A stretch of DNA of 62,568 bases from Chloroflexota bacterium (lineage in GTDB: Bacteria > Chloroflexota > UBA6077 > SHYK01), in the NCBI GenBank assembly GCA_016202435.1, contig JACQOR010000089.1:1-62568 (forward strand), given 5' to 3'. Positions 56,632 through 62,568 of the stretch are shown piece after piece. Every line of letters starts with the position of its first letter. Position 1 is the first letter of the stretch. A program made the translations under genes and the position numbers. The notes below the pieces were generated by a model that worked only from the letters and a program-made list of their open reading frames with translations, was not told where the DNA came from and made no database searches.

Positions 56632-58428
56632 TCAGGTCTTGTCCCAGTACCAGATGTTGCCGGTCGAGTAGCCCGCCTCGCCCGGGCCCGTCACCCCCTT
56701 CAGCATCAGGATCGGCAAGGGCTCCCAGTAGAACGGGTGGTAGACCACGAGCGAGCCCGCGTAGTCGATATACCCTTTGTACGCTGCCTTCAGCTGCTGC
56801 TCGTCGACTGTGACCTCGATCTTCTCGATGAGGCGATCCGTCTCCGGGCTATACCAGCGGCCCCGGTTGTTCCCACCGATCCAGTTGTTCGCCTCGGACG
56901 CCAGCCCCGAAGAGTGCAATCGCCGGCCCTTGGCTCCGGAGGTGATCATAGCCGCGCCCGGCTTCTGACCAATGAACCGCTGATCCAGCTGCTCTGTCTG
57001 CGTGAGGACGTGCACGTCCAAATCCACCCCGACCGCCTTCCAGTACTGCTGGATGATCACCCCCACCTTGAAGGGCCCGCTGCCCTGGCGGACCAGCGCC
57101 TGGTACGTGAACCGCTCTTCGCCCGCGGCCGGCAGGTCGTAGGGAAAACTGCCGGTCGGACTACTGGCTGTCGGTCCACTGGCTGGATGCACCAGGATGC
57201 CATCAGGGCCCCTGGTCCAGCCGGCGGACGTCAGCAGCTCCTGGGCCTTGCGTGGATCGTAGGGGTATCTCCAGGGGTAGGTCGGCGACTCGACGTACTC
57301 CTTGATGTACGGGTAATTCTCGTCGTCGTTCGGAGACCAGAAGCTCGTCGCGATCTTTGAGTATCCCTGGGTCATGAGCTGCGTCAGCTCCTGTCGATCG
57401 ATGGCCTGGAGGAGCGCCTGCCGCACCGGTTGCTGGGTCATCCCGTAGACCGGTTTGGCAAACATCGGGTCCACCATCAGCTCGAAATTGAGCGCGTCCA
57501 GCCGATCCCCCATCACCAGCCGGTGTCCGCTTCCCTCCTTCGTCCAGCGCTCCTGCAGCTCCAGGGCCAGCTCCAGCTCGATCCCCTGAGGCAGCACCAC
57601 GTCGACCGCTTCCGCCAGGAGGTTGGCCGCCATCGTGTTCGCGTCGGGAACGATCCGCATGGTGACGCGGTCCAGTTTGGCCGGCCCCTTGTGGTACTCG
57701 TCGAAGCGATCGAAGGTCATGTGCGACCCCACGAGCCATTCGGTCAGCTTGAACGGCCCGGCGCCGATGAACTCGTCGAAGAAGTACCGCAGCTCCCCCA
57801 TGGTGGACTTGTTGGGGCCCAGGTACGCCGACTCCAGGATGTGCTTGGGCAGAGGATTGAGTCCGCCGCCCGCGGCGCCCAGGTTGGTCGTGGTTTTCCA
57901 GTGGGTCACGAACGTGTAGGGGTCCGGCGCTTCGACGCTCGTCACGTACTCTACGCCGCTACCCTTGAGACCCTGTTTCGCGACCTCTTTGTCCGTCCGT
58001 ACCGTGTAGGCGAACACGAAGTCCGCGCTCGTGACCGGAGCGCCGTCATGCCACTTGGCGTTCCGCACCAGCTTCCAGGTCATGTCCATCCTGCCGTCCG
58101 GGTATACCGCCCAGGTCCCCTTGGTCGTGCTGGGCAGCTCAGCCGCCAGCCGCAGGTCGCGGACGCCGTTGATGACCGGCCCGGTCAGGCCCTCATCCGC
58201 GATGGGCTTGCCGTGCAGATAGGCGGCGCCGCCGGCCGCTCCGCTGACGACGTCATCGAAACTGGCCTGATCCCGCTGCTGGACGAAGATGAGGGTTTTT
58301 TTTGCAGCCGGTGCCCCGGCGGCAGCTTGTTCCGCGCGCCCAGCCGCGGGCTGACTTGGCGCGCACGCACTCACAAGCAACAATCCGATCATCATCACAA
58401 CTGACAAACTCGTGTACTTTCGCTGCAT
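56632..58428 (-). CDS. ABC family-5 solute-binding lipoprotein, paralog 3
   Basis: Lipobox VSAC; WHDGAPVTSADF, IGAGPFKL, RQALLQAIDR. Confidence 0.92.
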   Translation of the reverse strand: MQRKYTSLSVVMMIGLLLVSACAPSQPAAGRAEQAAAGAPAAKKTLIFVQQRDQASFDDVVSGAAGGAAYLHGKPIADEGLTGPVINGVRDLRLAAELPSTTKGTWAVYPDGRMDMTWKLVRNAKWHDGAPVTSADFVFAYTVRTDKEVAKQGLKGSGVEYVTSVEAPDPYTFVTHWKTTTNLGAAGGGLNPLPKHILESAYLGPNKSTMGELRYFFDEFIGAGPFKLTEWLVGSHMTFDRFDEYHKGPAKLDRVTMRIVPDANTMAANLLAEAVDVVLPQGIELELALELQERWTKEGSGHRLVMGDRLDALNFELMVDPMFAKPVYGMTQQPVRQALLQAIDRQELTQLMTQGYSKIATSFWSPNDDENYPYIKEYVESPTYPWRYPYDPRKAQELLTSAGWTRGPDGILVHPASGPTASSPTGSFPYDLPAAGEERFTYQALVRQGSGPFKVGVIIQQYWKAVGVDLDVHVLTQTEQLDQRFIGQKPGAAMITSGAKGRRLHSSGLASEANNWIGGNNRGRWYSPETDRLIEKIEVTVDEQQLKAAYKGYIDYAGSLVVYHPFYWEPLPILMLKGVTGPGEAGYSTGNIWYWDKT

Positions 58429-58585
58429 CGCTACTCCCTTCTGGAAGAAGGACACCGGGTCGAGACGACCCGCGAATGGCGAAACTCCGACGTTCAGCTG
58501 GTCACTGATCGAAAACGGCTCCCCTGGCTCCTCCTTGCTCGGGCGTTAGCGCCCGCCTCCACGAGTATGGTCAGGAACTCGACAG
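58429..58585 (-). promoter_or_regulatory. Structured 5' leader of SBP3 (candidate cis-regulatory RNA)
   Basis: Homologous to 62143-62320, with paired substitutions in stems and an SD-sequestering hairpin. Confidence 0.55.
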
Positions 58586-58620
58586 GCGACCATCTTACTC
58601 CGACCGGAAGGCTGCTTCAA
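58583..58620 (-). promoter_or_regulatory. Cassette-type promoter for SBP paralog 3
   Basis: TTGAAG, 17 nt, TAAGAT-GGTCGCCTG. Confidence 0.65.
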
Positions 58621-58625
58621 TAAGT

Positions 58626-58658
58626 GAGGGCCCGATGGAGCGTATCCATCGGGCCCTC
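58626..58658 (-). terminator. Hairpin downstream of the UbiD gene
   Basis: GAGGGCCCGATGGA-5 nt-TCCATCGGGCCCTC. Confidence 0.72.
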
Positions 58659-58687
58659 CTGGTGGCTGCCTAGCGGCTAGATCAGGC

Positions 58688-60169
58688 CTACATCGTGTCG
58701 CCGCGCGCCACGGCGGCCGCTCCTCGCCCGTCGCCGCGCTGGGGCTCCTCCGTAAGATACTCGCCCCACTTGTCCATGATGCGCTTGCGGTAGGCCGGCG
58801 AGACGTCGTTCACCGGATTGAACTGCTCCTTCCAGGCGAACGGCTTGCAAGCGTCGATCAGCACGCATCCCACCGTGAGGCCATGCTCCAGCGGGATCTC
58901 CTCCTGCTCCGGCGTAAACCTCGGGCTGACCGCCGACGCCCAGTTGTTTCGGTAGATGTGAACCGACTCCTGCGGGTCCGTCCGGGAGGTGATCGCCCAG
59001 AAGACGTCTTTGGGGTCGTGGATGTCGACATCCTCGTCGACGATGACCAGGTACTTGGGCGGGCGGTTCCTGAGGCCGGTCATCACAAAGTCGGCGACCC
59101 GCTTGGCGTGCCCGGCGTACATCTGGTGAATTCCCACCACTAGGAACGGGCCGGCGTTGCTGATGCCGACGACGTCGTGGAAACCGGCATCCCTGATCAT
59201 CTTCATCAGCTGGACTTCGTTGCCCGGAAGGTATGAGCCGCGCCCGACCACGCGCTTGTAGGGTGGCTCTCCGCAGATGATCGGATCGTTCCGGTAGTAG
59301 ATGGTATCGATCCGGACCACCGGAGCCGGCACGCTATTGGCGTAGTGTCCCCCCCCTTCTCCGAACATTCCCTCGTTCCGCATCGGCTCATGATCCGGAT
59401 GCATGATGTAGCCTTCGAGCACCATCTCGGAGGACGCGGGGATCGGGATACCGGTCTTGCCTTTGACGACTTGCACCGGCGCGCCTCGCAGGAAACCGCA
59501 CATGTCCAGCTCTGAGACACCCCAGTTCTCGTTCTCCGCGGTCGCGACGAGCAGAGAGGGCTCCTGCCCGAGGGAGAGCACTGTGGGGCAGTCGAGGCCC
59601 TGCTCGAAGTAGTGGTCGCGGATCACCTGCCCGTGATGACCGTGCGCGGTATGCAGTCCCGTGTGGTTCCGGTCGTACACCTGGCTGCGGTACGATCCGA
59701 TGTTCACCCACCCCTCGTAGGGATCCAGCTCGAAACAGGCGCTGGACGTGCCAATGTAAGGACCGGCGTCCAGCTCGTGCCACAGCGGAGCGGGGAACTT
59801 GTACAGATCAACGTCATCCCCTTCCACGACGTTTTCGAGGATCGGGCCCGACGTGACCCATTCGGGCGGAACCGGCTTCTTCTCTTCCAGCCGCTTCGAG
59901 AGGAACGCCTCGAGATCCTTGCCTTCGAGGTCGAGCGGGATATTCGCTGCGAGTCGGCCTCGCTTCTTGGAGGAAAGGACGTTCGTGGCGACACGATGGC
60001 CCTTCGGGTACCCGGGGATCTCGTCAAACAGAAACAGCTTCGCGTTTTGCTTCTCGCCGTTGATCGCGTAGATCCCGCCGATCTCATCCAGAGCAGCACC
60101 ATTGATTTGTTCGAACTCCCCGAGTTCCTGAGCCTTGGCGATGAACTCCCGCAGATCGTCGAACTTCAT
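58688..60169 (-). CDS. UbiD-family (prFMN-dependent) decarboxylase
   Basis: MKFDDLREFI, NIGSYR (Arg), EGMFGE (E-x4-E), 'VIVDEDVD', 'V.WAI.SR.DP', 'IDACKP'. Confidence 0.93.
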   Translation of the reverse strand: MKFDDLREFIAKAQELGEFEQINGAALDEIGGIYAINGEKQNAKLFLFDEIPGYPKGHRVATNVLSSKKRGRLAANIPLDLEGKDLEAFLSKRLEEKKPVPPEWVTSGPILENVVEGDDVDLYKFPAPLWHELDAGPYIGTSSACFELDPYEGWVNIGSYRSQVYDRNHTGLHTAHGHHGQVIRDHYFEQGLDCPTVLSLGQEPSLLVATAENENWGVSELDMCGFLRGAPVQVVKGKTGIPIPASSEMVLEGYIMHPDHEPMRNEGMFGEGGGHYANSVPAPVVRIDTIYYRNDPIICGEPPYKRVVGRGSYLPGNEVQLMKMIRDAGFHDVVGISNAGPFLVVGIHQMYAGHAKRVADFVMTGLRNRPPKYLVIVDEDVDIHDPKDVFWAITSRTDPQESVHIYRNNWASAVSPRFTPEQEEIPLEHGLTVGCVLIDACKPFAWKEQFNPVNDVSPAYRKRIMDKWGEYLTEEPQRGDGRGAAAVARGDTM

Positions 60170-60258
60170 TGCTGGTTCCCCCCTTTTCTTGCTATTGGTT
60201 CGGGACCCTCACTCAAGCGCCGGTCGTTTCTTGCCCACTCGCCCATTCTCGTGACTGA

Positions 60259-60300
60259 CAGGCACCCATCTTACCCCCTCGCCTCAGGAAATTGCACACA
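60259..60300 (-). promoter_or_regulatory. Cassette-type promoter for the UbiD gene
   Basis: GGCGAGGGGG-TAAGAT-GGGTGCCTG. Confidence 0.55.
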
Positions 60301-60306
60301 ATCAAA

Positions 60307-60338
60307 GGAGCCCGATGGAGAGATCTCCATCGGGCTCC
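60307..60338 (-). terminator. Hairpin downstream of SBP paralog 4
   Basis: GGAGCCCGATGGAG-4 nt-CTCCATCGGGCTCC followed by TTTGATTG on the minus strand. Confidence 0.75.
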
Positions 60339-60357
60339 CGCAGTGGCTAGCCTGAAC

Positions 60358-62142
60358 TTAGTTCTTGTCCCACTCCCAGACGTTATTGGTCGCCGTCGAT
60401 CCCGAGAAGACGTTGGGCCCGGTCACCCCCTTCAGCATCAAGACCGGCAGGGGCTCCCAGTAGAACGGATGGTAGACCACCAGTGACCACGCGTGGTCGA
60501 TATACGCCTTGTACGCCGCCTTCAGCTCCTGCTCATTGATCGTGACCTCGATCTTCTCAATGAGGGCGTCCGTCGTTGGGCTGTACCAGCGGCCTCGGTT
60601 GTTGCCACCGATCCAGTTGTTCGCCTCGGTCGCCAGACCGGAGGAGTGCAGCCGACGGCCCTTGGCCCCCGAGGTGACCATCGCCGCGCCCGACTTCCGG
60701 CCGACGAACGCCTGGTCCAGCTGTTCGGACTGGGTGAGGACGTGCACGTCCAGGTCCACCCCAACCGTCTTCCAGTACTGCTGAATGATCACTCCCGTCT
60801 TCAGCGGCCCACTGCCCTGGCGAACCAGAGCCTGATAGTTGAACCGCTCTTCCGCAGCGCTCGGTAGATCGTAGGGGAAGTTGCTCGTCGGTCCGCTGGC
60901 CTGGTGTACCAGGATCCCATCGGCCCCCTTGGTCCAGCCCGCCGACGTCAGCAGCTCCTGGGCCTTGCGCGGATCGTAGGGGTATCTCCAGGGATACGTA
61001 GGTGACGTGACGTAGTCCTTGATGTAGGGCCAGGCCTCATTGTCGGAAGGCCATAGGCTCGTCGCGACCTGCGAATACCCCTGGGTCATGATCTGCATGA
61101 GTTCTTCGCGATCGATAGCCTGCAGCAGGGCCTGCCGCACCGGTTGCTGGGTCATTCCGTAGATCGGTCGGGCGAACAGCGGGTCCACCATGAGCTCGAA
61201 ATTGAGCGCGTCCCCGCGACTCCCGACGATCAGCTGGTGCCCGGTCCCTTCCCGCTGCCAGCGTTCTTTGAGCTCGAGCGCCAGCTCCAGCTCGATGCCC
61301 TGAGGCAGCGCCGCGTCCACTGCCTCCGCCAGGAGATTGGCCGCCATCGTGTTGGCATCAGGAACGATCCGCAGAGTGAGTCGGTCCAGCTTGGCCGGCC
61401 CCTTGTAGTACTCGTCGAAGCGGTCGAACGTCATGTGGGAGCCCACCTGCCAGTCCACCAGCTTGAACGGGCCCGTCCCGACGAACTCGTCGAAGAAATA
61501 ACGAAGCTCGCCCATGGTGGCTTTATTGGGACCCAAATAGGCCGGCTCCAGGATGTGCTTCGGCAGCGGGTGAAGCCCCTCCCCGTAAGCCGGGATGAAG
61601 GTGGTCGTGGGGAAGTGGGCTACGAACGTGTACGGGTCCAGCGTATCGATGCGGGTGATGCGATCCGCTCCGCCGTCCGTATTGCGCTGTTTGGCGACCT
61701 CCTTGTCGCTTCGCACCATCCAGGCAAACTGGAAATCCGCGCTGGTGACGGGCGTGCCGTCATGCCACTTGGCGTTGCGCACGATCTTCCAGGTCAGCTC
61801 CATGCTGCCGTCCGGCTTGACGACCCAGGTGCCTTTCGTGTCACTCGGAAACTCGGCCGCCAGGCGCAGGTCCCGCCCGCGTTCCCCCAACGACATGCTG
61901 AGGCCATCCCACACGACGTTTACGCCGTGCCGATAGGCGGAACCACCGGAGGCTCCGCTCACCACGTCGTCGAAACTGGCCTGGTCCCGCTGCATGACCG
62001 CGATGAGGGTCTTCTTGGCGGCAGGTTGCCCGGGGCCGGCTGCTTCCGAGGGCCTGCTCACGCTCGGGCTCGGCGCGCACGCGCTCACCACCAGGAATCC
62101 GATCATCATCACAGCTGACAGACTCCTGTGCTTTCGCTGCAT
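60358..62142 (-). CDS. ABC family-5 solute-binding lipoprotein, paralog 4
   Basis: Lipobox VSAC; closely similar to paralog 3. Confidence 0.92.
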   Translation of the reverse strand: MQRKHRSLSAVMMIGFLVVSACAPSPSVSRPSEAAGPGQPAAKKTLIAVMQRDQASFDDVVSGASGGSAYRHGVNVVWDGLSMSLGERGRDLRLAAEFPSDTKGTWVVKPDGSMELTWKIVRNAKWHDGTPVTSADFQFAWMVRSDKEVAKQRNTDGGADRITRIDTLDPYTFVAHFPTTTFIPAYGEGLHPLPKHILEPAYLGPNKATMGELRYFFDEFVGTGPFKLVDWQVGSHMTFDRFDEYYKGPAKLDRLTLRIVPDANTMAANLLAEAVDAALPQGIELELALELKERWQREGTGHQLIVGSRGDALNFELMVDPLFARPIYGMTQQPVRQALLQAIDREELMQIMTQGYSQVATSLWPSDNEAWPYIKDYVTSPTYPWRYPYDPRKAQELLTSAGWTKGADGILVHQASGPTSNFPYDLPSAAEERFNYQALVRQGSGPLKTGVIIQQYWKTVGVDLDVHVLTQSEQLDQAFVGRKSGAAMVTSGAKGRRLHSSGLATEANNWIGGNNRGRWYSPTTDALIEKIEVTINEQELKAAYKAYIDHAWSLVVYHPFYWEPLPVLMLKGVTGPNVFSGSTATNNVWEWDKN

Positions 62143-62320
62143 CGCTATCTCCTTCTCGGGGAAGGGACACCGGGCCTAAACGACCCGCGAATTGCGGCAC
62201 TCCGGCGCTTCGAGCTGACCACTCCCGGAAAAGCGAATCTCCTCATTCCCTCCTTACTCGGCGGGTGGCGTCTCCCAGCTCAGCGCTCCGTCCGACGCCA
62301 CGCCGAGGGCACATCGACAG
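62143..62320 (-). promoter_or_regulatory. Structured 5' leader of SBP4 (candidate cis-regulatory RNA)
   Basis: Homologous to the SBP3 leader; long 5' hairpin closed by CTCG/CGAG, then TAAGGAGG. Confidence 0.55.
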
Positions 62321-62360
62321 GGGCCCATCATACTTCGTTTGGCTGGCAAATGCTCGCAGA
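62318..62360 (-). promoter_or_regulatory. Cassette-type promoter for SBP paralog 4
   Basis: GAAG-TATGAT-GGGCCCCTG. Confidence 0.5.
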
Positions 62361-62363
62361 AGT

Positions 62364-62399
62364 GAGAAGCCCGATGGTGAGTTCGCCATCGGGCTTCTC
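62364..62399 (-). terminator. Hairpin downstream of SBP paralog 5
   Basis: GAGAAGCCCGATGG / CCATCGGGCTTCTC. Confidence 0.72.
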
Positions 62400-62423
62400 G
62401 ACTACGCTGCCGCTCGGGTCAGG

Positions 62424-62568
62424 TCAGTTCTTGTCCAGGCCGTGCCACCACTCCTGCTGCCCTCCAGCCGCGTAGACTCCGGTCGTTCCCTTGCTCACGA
62501 CCCAGGGAATCGGCTCGTAGTAGAACGGCCAGAACGCCACCTCCCCCATGATCCGATCCAGGAACTGC
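62424..62568 (-). CDS. 3' end of ABC family-5 solute-binding protein, paralog 5 (truncated by the window)
   Basis: QFLDRIMGEVAFWPFYYEPIPWVVSKG...WWHGLDKN*, matching the C-termini of paralogs 1 and 2. Confidence 0.88.
   Translation of the reverse strand, partial: QFLDRIMGEVAFWPFYYEPIPWVVSKGTTGVYAAGGQQEWWHGLDKN

Noticed and set aside
55131-62118. 324-352-aa antisense ORFs over SBP2-4
   Set aside because: Expected from biased codon use. They mirror each other only because the sense genes are paralogs.
62145-62246. 33-aa uORF (MRRFAFPG...) after AAGGAGG in the SBP4 leader
   Set aside because: The homologous SBP3 leader has no start codon there and a shifted frame, so the conservation looks structural rather than coding. 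Not fully excluded for SBP4.
62364-62399. Fluoride-riboswitch-like GATGGTGAGTTCGCC
   Set aside because: It is part of the shared terminator hairpin family, 3' of a gene, with no downstream pseudoknot elements.
54641-62399. CRISPR-like palindromic repeats
   Set aside because: The copies are ~2 kb apart, one per gene, variable in length, and there are no cas genes.

Overview
High-GC bacterial chromosome segment, probably Chloroflexota. This is inferred from the short EF-Ts and IF2, cdaA-cdaR, no bamA after rseP, a eukaryote-type UGPase and many lipoprotein solute-binding proteins. About 1-44.7 kb is mostly housekeeping: the 3' end of a YDG-repeat/TasA-like surface protein, an aminotransferase and serA, argF-cdaA-cdaR-der, thiE, a UGPase, yebC-ruvC-ruvA, EF-G2, the nusA-infB-rbfA-truB-ribF operon, the rpsB-tsf-pyrH-frr-uppS-cdsA-dxr-rseP cluster, alaS-ruvX-mltG, trmD and transporters. 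From about 44.9 kb, around a tRNA-Arg(UCU), is an accessory region. It holds five paralogous family-5 solute-binding lipoproteins with no permease or ATPase in the window, two variant-signature amidases, a UbiD decarboxylase, a dienelactone hydrolase with a DUF6295-like partner, and a cupin. The most unusual signals are: (i) a repeated hairpin-terminator/promoter cassette framework shared by SBP and enzyme genes; (ii) a homologous ~115-nt 5' leader on two SBP genes with compensatory base changes and an SD/anti-SD switch layout (riboswitch-like candidate); (iii) two genes that appear to need CTG starts; (iv) several apparent pseudo-enzymes (YqeK-like HD to HK, MCE-like, CinA C-domain); (v) an unannotated 31-aa membrane protein. 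All family calls are from motif recognition by eye; no searches were run.
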